Below, one piece after another: positions 21,845-30,389 of a DNA stretch of 64,000 nt. Numbering within the stretch: position 1 is the stretch's first letter; the number at the start of each line of letters is the position of its first letter. Under the pieces are notes generated by a model. The model had not been told where the DNA came from and searched no databases. It was given only the letters and a program-made list of their open reading frames with translations. The position numbers and the translations under genes are program-made. The DNA lies in NCBI GenBank assembly GCA_963701095.1, contig OY969564.1:896001-960000 (forward strand), in the 5' to 3' direction. The DNA comes from an uncultured Methanoregulaceae archaeon. GTDB taxonomy: Archaea > Halobacteriota > Methanomicrobia > Methanomicrobiales > Methanospirillaceae.

Positions 21845-22942
21845 ATGCCAAAAACCACGATCTCCGTTATTAAAGCAGATGTGGGCAGTTTCCCGGGCCA
21901 TTCCCGCACTCATCCTAAGCTGCTTGAAAAAGCGGCGCAGATGCTTAAAGCCGAACGAGGCAAACTGCTCACCGATTCCTTTGTGACCCACTGTGGCGAT
22001 GATATCGAACTTATCATGACCCATAAACGAGGCGTCGATGATAAAGAGATCCACAAGCTTGCCTGGAACGTCTTTGTGGAATGCACAAAAATTGCCAAAA
22101 CCCTTAAGCTGTATGGAGCCGGCCAGGACTTACTTACCGATGCGTTCTCGGGGAATGTCCGGGGCATGGGCCCGGGGGTTGCCGAGATGGAGTTTGATGA
22201 ACGCAGTTCGGATCCTGTCCTTATCTTCATGGCAGACAAAACCGAACCCGGCGCGTGGAACTTTTATCTCTACAAGATCTTTGCCGACCCGTTTAATACG
22301 CCGGGTCTGGTTATCGATCCGGCCCTGCACGACGGTTTTGTGTTCGAAGTCCATGATCTGGTAAAAAAACGAAAGGTGCGGTTCTCCTGTCCCAAAGAGA
22401 GTTACAGTGTGCTTGCCTATATCGGGTCGCCGTCCCGGTACGTTATCAAGCACGTCTACAAAAAGGACGGGATCATTGCTGCCTCGACCAGCTCCCAGAG
22501 TCTCAACATGATAGCCGGCCGGTACGTGGGAAAAGATGACCCGGTCATGATTGTGAGAGCGCAAAGCGGTTTTCCTTCCATGGGTGAAGTGATCGAGCCC
22601 TTTACCACACCGGTACTGGTAGCAGGCTGGATGCGAGGATCCCATTACGGTCCGTTCATGCCGGTCGGTCTGTGCGATGCTAACTGCACCCGGTTTGACG
22701 GTCCGCCCCGGGTCATCTGTTTTGGGTTCCAGATCGCAAATGGTGCCCTTATCGGACCTGCCGATATGTTCGACGATCCCGGTTTTGACCGGGTCAGGGC
22801 GCGCTGCAACGAACTTGCCGACACGATCCGGGCCCAGGGCCCCTTCGAACCCCACCGGCTTTCTCCGGAAAACATGGAATACACGACTCTTCCCCAGATA
22901 GAAAAGGCGCTGGAAAAACGATGGGAAGACATTGCAGAGTAA
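21845..22942 (+). CDS. Bifunctional FBP aldolase/phosphatase (class V FBPase)
   Basis: KADVG, GDD, YGAGQDLL, ADKTEPGAWN, YVGKDDP (Schiff-base Lys), GPFEPHRL and EYTTL. Confidence 0.95.
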   Translation: MPKTTISVIKADVGSFPGHSRTHPKLLEKAAQMLKAERGKLLTDSFVTHCGDDIELIMTHKRGVDDKEIHKLAWNVFVECTKIAKTLKLYGAGQDLLTDAFSGNVRGMGPGVAEMEFDERSSDPVLIFMADKTEPGAWNFYLYKIFADPFNTPGLVIDPALHDGFVFEVHDLVKKRKVRFSCPKESYSVLAYIGSPSRYVIKHVYKKDGIIAASTSSQSLNMIAGRYVGKDDPVMIVRAQSGFPSMGEVIEPFTTPVLVAGWMRGSHYGPFMPVGLCDANCTRFDGPPRVICFGFQIANGALIGPADMFDDPGFDRVRARCNELADTIRAQGPFEPHRLSPENMEYTTLPQIEKALEKRWEDIAE

Positions 22943-22943
22943 A

Positions 22944-22990
22944 AGGTCCGGAAAGGGTATTCTTCCCTTCCGGGAACCTTCTTTCTCCTC
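22944..22990 (+). terminator. Hairpin plus pyrimidine tract after the FBP cluster
   Basis: AAGGT-CCGGAAAGGG...CCCTTCCGG-GA-ACCTT followed by CTTTCTCCTC. Confidence 0.5.
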
Positions 22991-23030
22991 CTAGCAAACT
23001 TTAATTATCTTCCGACCCAAATCAGGACAG

Positions 23031-23267
23031 ATGGTTAACGGAATTGTTTTGCCCATAAAGAAAGTGTTTGCCCTCGTTGATTCCAAAATAATCGTTGAGA
23101 TCAAAGATGAGGGGCGTAAACTCCAGGGCCGGCTTGTAGCAGTGGATGAGTATCTCAATATTCACATGGACGAGACCATAGAATTTGTCAACAACGAGCG
23201 CGGCCGCAGCCTTGGGACTGTTGTTATCCGGGGCAATAATATCCTTACTATAGCCCCGGTCCTGTGA
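23031..23267 (+). CDS. Sm-like (Lsm/SmAP) RNA-binding protein
   Basis: Sm1 motif GRLVAVDEYLN and Sm2 motif VIRGNNI. Confidence 0.93.
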   Translation: MVNGIVLPIKKVFALVDSKIIVEIKDEGRKLQGRLVAVDEYLNIHMDETIEFVNNERGRSLGTVVIRGNNILTIAPVL

Positions 23268-23290
23268 GAGGAAAACGAGGTATACCTACC

Positions 23291-23635
23291 ATGGCTGAAA
23301 TTGAAGACGAAGCATTTGTCCTGATCCAGTCCCACCCGGAAGGGATGCTCCAGAGTGAGCTTTGGAAGGAACTCGGTGTCGACAGCCGGAAATGTTCAAG
23401 GATCGTAAAGAAACTCGAAGAGAGCGGCCTTATTGACCGCGTCGAATTTAAAAAAGAGGGGATCAAGACCTATCTTTTAAAGGCAAAAATGCAGCCTGTC
23501 CACCCTGAGGACCTGCTTGCCGGCGATGAACTGATTCCCTGTATCGCGTGCGACCTTGAATGCGTCGTTCAGGAATGTCATCCCCTCATGGACTGGATGT
23601 ACCAGCTTGCAATTGTCGGGAGCGGCAACCAGTAA
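23291..23635 (+). CDS. Winged-helix protein with a C-terminal Cys cluster, TFE-beta/RPC34-like
   Basis: GMLQSELWKELGVDSRKCSRIVKKLE wHTH followed by PCIACDLECVVQECHPLMDW. GAGGT RBS precedes ATG 23291. Confidence 0.65.
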   Translation: MAEIEDEAFVLIQSHPEGMLQSELWKELGVDSRKCSRIVKKLEESGLIDRVEFKKEGIKTYLLKAKMQPVHPEDLLAGDELIPCIACDLECVVQECHPLMDWMYQLAIVGSGNQ

Positions 23636-23684
23636 CCGGGGCAAAACCCGGTTTCGATAGTATTTACCCGTTTTTTTTACTTCC

Positions 23685-24185
23685 ATGACCCGCCTGACAC
23701 TGCCGCTTATCCTGGAATGCCTTCTTTTTTTTGTGCCACTCAATATCTATGTGATCGGCGATCATATGGCAAACGGTGTCCAGTGGGCCTTTTTCCGGTA
23801 CCAGCAGAGTTACCTGGGGAACAGCCTGATCCTTGTGAACAAGGATATCCATTATGTTGCAGCCGGTATTCTGAGAGGTTCAAGTGCGACAGGAACCATA
23901 ATCTGGGTATCAGGTGCTTTTCTTCTTTTTATCGCGGTCATTATCCTTGCGATTGCGTTTGCTTTGCATAAATCCGAGCTTACAAAACCTGCGGGCGGAC
24001 TCACCATTCTTGCAGGAGCTCTCTTTATTATTGCGATGATCGTCGAATACGGGGCCCTTTTTACAAACGATCATGGTTCTTCCGTCCCCGTGGGTGCTCC
24101 CCTCATTATCGTTTCCGGAATTTGGTTATTCGTAGGAACATTCGATGAGGAAGATGAAGACCCGACCGGGCCAGCATCTTCCTGA
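23685..24185 (+). CDS. Hypothetical membrane protein
   Basis: About four hydrophobic segments and an acidic tail. Confidence 0.7.
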   Translation: MTRLTLPLILECLLFFVPLNIYVIGDHMANGVQWAFFRYQQSYLGNSLILVNKDIHYVAAGILRGSSATGTIIWVSGAFLLFIAVIILAIAFALHKSELTKPAGGLTILAGALFIIAMIVEYGALFTNDHGSSVPVGAPLIIVSGIWLFVGTFDEEDEDPTGPASS

Positions 24186-24320
24186 AAGAATTGCATTCCG
24201 GCCATAAATTACGGGAAATCGGCAATTTCCCCATCATAGAAGTCAACTATTTATTGCAAAAATATCAGATTATAGGTAGAGAGGCAGGCATAACACCCGC
24301 CCCTTTGGAAGTTCCTGCTG

Positions 24321-26000
24321 ATGATATCCGTCCTCTTCGTCGATGATAACACTGATTTTCTTGCCCCGTTCCGGCCTGTTCTTGAAAAGACCGGCGAGGT
24401 CAGATTGGAGATGGTGAACTCTGCGAAGCAGGCAATCGAGAAACTTAAAGGCCGGAGCTTTGATGTCATTGTCTGTTACGAGGAGAACGCGCCGGTTAAC
24501 GGGATTGAGTTTGTCTCCGATATGGATGGTATCGGCTTTTTACGATATATACGCTCCATGGGAAATCCTACACCGGTCATAATCTTCCACCGGAAAGGCG
24601 AGAACCGGGTCACTTTTGAAGAGATCAGTAACGGTGCTGATATTACCGTCCAGCGGACGGGAGACCTTCGTGCACCTGCTGCTGACCTGGTAACGCTTAT
24701 CAAACAGGCAGCACTCCGCAAGAAATCCGAACGTGACGTCAAACTGGAAAAAGATCAGCTCACGGCGATTCTCTCGGCAACGCCTCTTGGGATATTCCAG
24801 ATGCGTAACGCCGTTATCGAGTGGATCAACCATCCGCTTACGGCGCTCCTTGGGGCACAGGAGTCTTCGATCGTGGGAAAACCGGTCCGGTCGCTTTTTA
24901 AGAGTGACGAAGAGTTTATGCAGGTTTTCCGGGATCTCCAGATTCACCGTGATGTACTCGGGAACGGTTGTGCGGAATGCGAGCTGGTGCGGCCGGGCGG
25001 CAGTATAATTGCCTGTACGCTGCAGGCCCGGCTTCTCGATCCGCTTGATGCAAAAAAAGGCGGTACCGTAGTCGTTACCGATATCTCTGACAAAAAGAAG
25101 ATGCGGGATGCCCTCAAGGAAAGCGAAGCAAAGTACCGGGAAATGATGCAGAACACCCAGAGTATTATTGTGCGGATGGATATCCAGGGGATCATCACAT
25201 TCATTAATACCTATGCATCTGCATTCTTTGATTATCCCGAGGCCGACCTTGTGGGGAAAAATATTGTCGGCACCATTGCACCCGAGAAAAACCGGGGCGG
25301 CCACGACCTTTCGATGATGGCAAACGACCTGGGCTTTAATGCCGAAGGATATGCCATCAATGTCAGCGAAAATATCCGCAGGAACGGTGATATTGTCTGG
25401 ATTGCCTGGATCAACAAAGCTATCCGCGATACCCAGGGTCACATCGTCGAAGTCCTTTGTATCGGCCACGATATTACGGATCGGAAACAGACCGGTGAGG
25501 TGCGGATCAGCACCGACACCTGGAAAGACCAGGTCGTTGCCGATACCGATGTGCGCCAGGACGTTTTCGATGCCGTGTTCCACATCTGCACCGAGATATC
25601 TATTGAGGGAAGGGAAGGAAAAGCGGTTGGCACGACATTCCTTATTGGTGACACAAAAAACATTCTGGCCAAATCCCGGCAGATCATGCTCAACGCCTTT
25701 GAGGGTCACCAACCCGATATGCGCATGGTGACTAATCCCGATTTAAATGAGAACATCAAGGAATTTGCCCAGCTTGACGGTGCATTTGTCATCTCCGGAG
25801 ATGGATTTATAGAAGCGTCGGGACGCTACATTACGGTTGACTCAAGCAAAGTTACGCTCCCCAAAGGCATGGGTACACGCCATAATTCGGTTGCAGCTAT
25901 CACAAGTGTAACCCGGGCCGTTGGTATCGTCGTCTCCCAGAGCGGCGGCGGGATCACGATTTTCAAGAACGGACAGATCTTAAAGAAAATCAGCCTGTGA
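24321..26000 (+). CDS. Diadenylate cyclase with N-terminal pseudo-receiver and two PAS domains
   Basis: REC-like VLFVDD start, two PAS/PAC blocks ending TDISDKK and HDITDRK, and a C-terminal DAC domain with EGREGK, QLDGAFVI and GTRHN. Confidence 0.88.
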   Translation: MISVLFVDDNTDFLAPFRPVLEKTGEVRLEMVNSAKQAIEKLKGRSFDVIVCYEENAPVNGIEFVSDMDGIGFLRYIRSMGNPTPVIIFHRKGENRVTFEEISNGADITVQRTGDLRAPAADLVTLIKQAALRKKSERDVKLEKDQLTAILSATPLGIFQMRNAVIEWINHPLTALLGAQESSIVGKPVRSLFKSDEEFMQVFRDLQIHRDVLGNGCAECELVRPGGSIIACTLQARLLDPLDAKKGGTVVVTDISDKKKMRDALKESEAKYREMMQNTQSIIVRMDIQGIITFINTYASAFFDYPEADLVGKNIVGTIAPEKNRGGHDLSMMANDLGFNAEGYAINVSENIRRNGDIVWIAWINKAIRDTQGHIVEVLCIGHDITDRKQTGEVRISTDTWKDQVVADTDVRQDVFDAVFHICTEISIEGREGKAVGTTFLIGDTKNILAKSRQIMLNAFEGHQPDMRMVTNPDLNENIKEFAQLDGAFVISGDGFIEASGRYITVDSSKVTLPKGMGTRHNSVAAITSVTRAVGIVVSQSGGGITIFKNGQILKKISL

Positions 26001-26053
26001 TAACCTTCTTTTTATCGGGATTATACAATAGTCCGAAAGAGGAGTTGTATTTC

Positions 26054-26260
26054 CTATTTCTCAATACTTTCAACCTTCACGATTGCTTTGCTAACACCAG
26101 CAAGAGGAGGAAGCAGATGTGACAGAGTTTGTTCGGCAGTACATCGCCTGATAATTCCTTTAGAACTCGTTTGAAACCAGCCTTCTTTATCTCTTTGAAA
26201 AGATTGCAGCACTTTTCCATTTTTATTAAGAAATTTAATTATGCATTCATCGTTTCTCAT
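26054..26260 (-). CDS. Small basic hypothetical protein (68 aa)
   Basis: ORF with an upstream GGGGAG RBS. No known motif. Confidence 0.5.
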   Translation of the reverse strand: MRNDECIIKFLNKNGKVLQSFQRDKEGWFQTSSKGIIRRCTAEQTLSHLLPPLAGVSKAIVKVESIEK

Positions 26261-26384
26261 GAACTCCCCCTAGATCGCTTGTTTATATTTCTATCCTATT
26301 TAAAACTTAAACACCATAAGAAGAGGTTATTTTCGGATCTACTTTTCTAACGAGATCATCCCGAATATTTCGCTACGTTGTCCA

Positions 26385-27753
26385 TCAATGTTCGACCGGG
26401 TACCCTGCACGCACCCAGGCCTGCATACCGCCGAGAACATTGGTCACCTCAGTATACCCATACATCGCAAGTACGCTCACCCCAAGACTTCCCTTGTACC
26501 CGGAATCACAGTACACAAAAACCGGACGATTTTTGGGGATCTCCGGAATATGCTGTACAAGCTCGCCGATATATACCGGTAAAGAATCTGGAATATATCC
26601 GACCTTTTCACGGTTTTTCTTGTCCCGGACGTCAAGCACGAATGGCTTTTCACGGAACAGGAGATCGTTGAGATCCTGGACTGAACAGGTCCCGATCATC
26701 TCGACCGGCCGGGCAGCCCGGCACCATGAAGGAAAACCACCGGCAAGCCAGCCTGTTGTATTGTCATAACCAAGCCGCAAGAAGTGCCGGAACACAGGTG
26801 CGAGATTACCGTTGAAATCATCGATAAGCACAATCTGGCGGTTATAATCAAGGAACCAGCCGGCAAACGAAGGAATGCCGTCGCCCCAGATTGAAAAACT
26901 ACCCGGGATGTGCCCTGCTGCAAAGGCTGTCGGGGAACGTACGTCTACAATCTGGAATCCGGAAGCGATGAGAGATGTCAGGTCAGCTACAGGGACAGGG
27001 TATGGTCGCTTAAAGTCCAGAAGAAGTGCCGGCCCTTCCCGGTTGACTTTTTCCATCTGCCGGAAATAGGGAGGCAGGTACGGGGATTCGGCGGAACGCC
27101 GGGCGATAAACGCATCGTGTCCGAGTGCCAGGACCGGATTGGTACGTTTTTCGTACCCGATTGTGGAAAAAGGATGATCGGCAATTTCTTCACCGCACAC
27201 GGAACCGGCCCCGTGTGCCGGGCAGAGGATGACACCGTCCCCGAGCGGCAGGATCTTTCGCGTAATACTGGCATACATTTTTTCTGCCATCGCTGTTTTT
27301 TGGCCTGGCCCGGCTGAAATCTGTCCGTGCAATATCACCGGCAAAAAGCGTGTCGCCGGAAAAGACCATGTACGGTTCACGGGAGACTTCGGTGTCCACA
27401 AGGACAAAAGTCAGGCTTTCTTCCGTATGCCCCGGGGTTTCGAGGATGGAAATTTCCAATGTTCCGATCACAAACCGGGCGCCTTCATGGGCGATGTTCC
27501 CGTACGCAAAGTCCAAACGGGGACCGTGAAAGATCGGTGCCTCACTCCGGTGTGCAAGCTCCTGTGCCCCGGATACATAATCTTCGTTCCGGTGTGTTTC
27601 GAAGATATGGGTTATGATAGCGTCATGCCGGTTTGCGAGGTCGACATAGATATCGCAATCCCGCCGGGGGTCTATAACTGCCGCCTTTCCCCCCGATCCG
27701 ATTATGTACGAATTATGGGACAGACCCTCAGCAACGATGCGTTCAAGCCACAT
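26385..27753 (-). CDS. MBL-fold hydrolase with two rhodanese domains (one indel near 27312)
   Basis: THRNED, TPGHT, SGDTLF and PAHG motifs, two DVR...HIP/YIP rhodanese units, and an active-site CDSGYK. Confidence 0.88.
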
Positions 27754-27793
27754 ACCGTAACGAGCCTCGCGTTAATCGGAAGAAAATATAGGG

Positions 27794-28684
27794 TTACCGG
27801 GGGTTTTTACCGGTAATAGTCTTATTGTCGGGATACGACGACCATTCAGTAAATCCACCCTCGTAGAGGACAACATTTTTGTATCCCAGGTAATATTTGA
27901 AGAGCAGGAACTCATTTGTTGCCTCCCGACCTGTACCGCATGAACAGATAATGGACTTCTCCGGCGTTGCGCCGGCAGCTTGCACTAATGCCTGGATCTG
28001 GTCGTCAGGTTTCATGAGTTTTTTATTTTTGTCGTCCATGAGACTTTTCCAGGGAAGACTGACTGCACCGGGAATATGGCCGGGCCTGATCCAGGGGCCC
28101 TGGCCTTCATAGACCGGAGACGGGCGTGCATCAAGAAGTACCACATCAGACTGGTCTTTCATCCTGAGGAATTCGTAATAATCTATAAAGAAATCTTTTT
28201 GGAGATTTACCGTAAAAGACGACGGTTTCGCAAGGTCGAACTGGCGGGTAACAGGACGTTTTTCTTCCTTCCATTTTTCAAGCCCTCCGTCCAGGAGGCA
28301 TACTCGCTTGTGCCCGTACCGTGCAAGCGTGTAGGCAACCATAGTCTGCTCAAGTCCGTCGCCAATGAAGTTACCACACGTAGTCAGGGGACCACTGCTC
28401 GAGTATACAACGACCGGTTTGTTCGATTCCAGTCCTAAAGTCCGGAATAAGATCTCGGCTGCGTCGGGCGGAATCCAACGTGTAGGAATCGCACCCTCGT
28501 GAATGCGGAACAGGTTCTCATGTGCAAAGAGTGCTCCGGGAATATGATCCTGAATGTACTCGTGGACGTTCGGCTGGCAGTCAATAATTACGAGCCCCTT
28601 ATGATGGAGATGGGTTTCGAGCCATTCCACGGATACCCATTCCACCGTCCCATCGCCTTTTCCGTATGGATAATTTTTTTCCAT
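27794..28684 (-). CDS. Tandem-domain sulfurtransferase (rhodanese/MST family)
   Basis: HIPGA twice, LDGG, active-site CGTGREA, and YEGGFTEW. Confidence 0.93.
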   Translation of the reverse strand: MEKNYPYGKGDGTVEWVSVEWLETHLHHKGLVIIDCQPNVHEYIQDHIPGALFAHENLFRIHEGAIPTRWIPPDAAEILFRTLGLESNKPVVVYSSSGPLTTCGNFIGDGLEQTMVAYTLARYGHKRVCLLDGGLEKWKEEKRPVTRQFDLAKPSSFTVNLQKDFFIDYYEFLRMKDQSDVVLLDARPSPVYEGQGPWIRPGHIPGAVSLPWKSLMDDKNKKLMKPDDQIQALVQAAGATPEKSIICSCGTGREATNEFLLFKYYLGYKNVVLYEGGFTEWSSYPDNKTITGKNPR

Positions 28685-28828
28685 CTTTGTACCTCCTCTC
28701 TGTCGTGAGATAAGACAAACCCGTATCGTTACAGGAGTAAATAACAGTTGGGGTTGGGATCATTTTTTGAAACGTATTGATCCGCCAACCGGTTTGTTTA
28801 TAACTATGCCAAACCTGTTTTTTTGGAA

Positions 28829-29815
28829 TTAAACGAGGAGCGAAAGGAAAAGCAGGATATAGAGCGAGATCGAAACCGCCGGGATGATACGGATCGACCA
28901 GTAGTTAACCTGTTCAACACGGTGTGGATTTTTATCTTCCGTGAATTTCAGGATGAGAATGCCGGATACCAGCACCATGACGAGGGTCGCATAGGTGATG
29001 ATCATAAAGAAATCCAAAAATGTAGCGTAGGCAACAAGGGGAATATCATCCGCGATACGCCAGTGGATAAGCACCGCAGCAAGGAACATAGATCCGTTCA
29101 GGCCAAGCCGTGACGAGACTTTCATCAGAAGTGATGCTAAGGACACAATAACGATAAGCGAGATAGGCAGGAAGAATTTCAGGATAGTCGACTCTACATC
29201 CCGTTCGATGCCATAGTTGAACACAGCCCGGGAATAAGGAGTTTCACCTGCTACGTAGGTCTTGTTGGTTACCAGGGCATTCATCCCGGTGATAGTCCAG
29301 CCCGGGAGGTTAGCTTCCGAATCAAGACCGGTATTGTTCTCGTCAATGACGAAGATCATGTCTTTTTCTGTATAGATTTTCGGTTCAATAAGAATAGGAA
29401 GCGTGTGTTTGTCGAAAGGGAACAGGCGGAGATCGGGATTTGCTGTCATAACCGCAAAGATCCGGTAATTTTTTTCCTGAGGGGTATTGGTAATGGTATC
29501 GATAGAAGTTGTGTGCCCGTTCATGAGCTCGAAGTCGTCGATAGAGACGTTGGCATCCGAGTCCAGATTCAAGTAAAAATTCGTTGAATACGTCCCCTGC
29601 TGAACGCTGAAGTCACTGAAGTCCACAACATAAACCCCAATGTGCACGATAGCTGGCCCGGTTGCGGCCGACTGGGCTGTCGAGTTAAGGCTGTCACTTG
29701 CGGAGACCGGAATTATTATGACGGCAAAAGCGATGAAAATAAAAAGAAAATACAGGATTGCCACATAGTCCCCTCTTCCACGGAGCATATCCTGATCCTG
29801 TAACGGTATTATCAT
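28829..29815 (-). CDS. Prokaryotic pentameric ligand-gated ion channel (Pro-loop receptor)
   Basis: Signal peptide, beta-rich ectodomain with DLRLFPFD, pre-M1 Arg, M1 Pro (KFFLP), M2 RLGLNGSMFL, M2-M3 loop IPLVAYATFLD, four TMs. Confidence 0.85.
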   Translation of the reverse strand: MIIPLQDQDMLRGRGDYVAILYFLFIFIAFAVIIIPVSASDSLNSTAQSAATGPAIVHIGVYVVDFSDFSVQQGTYSTNFYLNLDSDANVSIDDFELMNGHTTSIDTITNTPQEKNYRIFAVMTANPDLRLFPFDKHTLPILIEPKIYTEKDMIFVIDENNTGLDSEANLPGWTITGMNALVTNKTYVAGETPYSRAVFNYGIERDVESTILKFFLPISLIVIVSLASLLMKVSSRLGLNGSMFLAAVLIHWRIADDIPLVAYATFLDFFMIITYATLVMVLVSGILILKFTEDKNPHRVEQVNYWSIRIIPAVSISLYILLFLSLLV

Positions 29816-29878
29816 CAGGGAAGTATCGCCATCCTCTTAAAATCAGGTGGGGTTGATGAACAATAATAGTTATCGGAG

Positions 29879-30286
29879 TTATTCCGGTATATTCAGGAGG
29901 ACCTGCTGTGACCGGAAGTGGCTGATCGCTTTTCTGATAAGATCGAGAAGTTCGTTATCAACAAATGGTTTGACGACGACACCGTTCTGGGTAACTCCTA
30001 TCATTCGAGCAAGAACGCTCTCTGATGAGAAAGCGGTTATAAAAATTACGGGAACCAGAAATCGCTGCTGGATCTTGCGTGCCGTTTCAATGCCATCAAG
30101 GGATCCTGCAAGGCCGATATCCATAAGAATAATATCGGGTTTTGGGCATTTTTCAAGTGATTCAAGTGCCATCTCACCGGAATTAGCAGGTTCTATGACC
30201 TGGTACCCCGATTGTTCCAGCATTTCGGTCAGGTGAAGGGTGAGCAAACCTTCATCTTCAACTATCAGGACAGCTTCCCCGGTCAT
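29879..30286 (-). CDS. Single-domain response regulator
   Basis: VLIVEDE, ILMDI, FITA and VKPF motifs. Confidence 0.9.
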   Translation of the reverse strand: MTGEAVLIVEDEGLLTLHLTEMLEQSGYQVIEPANSGEMALESLEKCPKPDIILMDIGLAGSLDGIETARKIQQRFLVPVIFITAFSSESVLARMIGVTQNGVVVKPFVDNELLDLIRKAISHFRSQQVLLNIPE

Positions 30287-30389
30287 AGATTTTCCCCGGC
30301 ATTTGACCGCATCATGAGTTCGTTCCTTTTTAGGGGCGTCGCCATTTCTCCAAAACCCATGATTCATTTCACCAGCCGAGGTGCCGTTT

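Noticed and set aside
21575..21986. C-terminal extension of the aldolase overlapping the next gene, as shown in the ORF track
   Set aside because: It is an artefact of the indel near 21574. The corrected frame stops at 21784.
25500..26000. DAC domain as an anti-phage cyclic-nucleotide system
   Set aside because: No adjacent effector such as a nuclease or a SAVED, CARF or TIR protein was recognised. A signalling role fits better.
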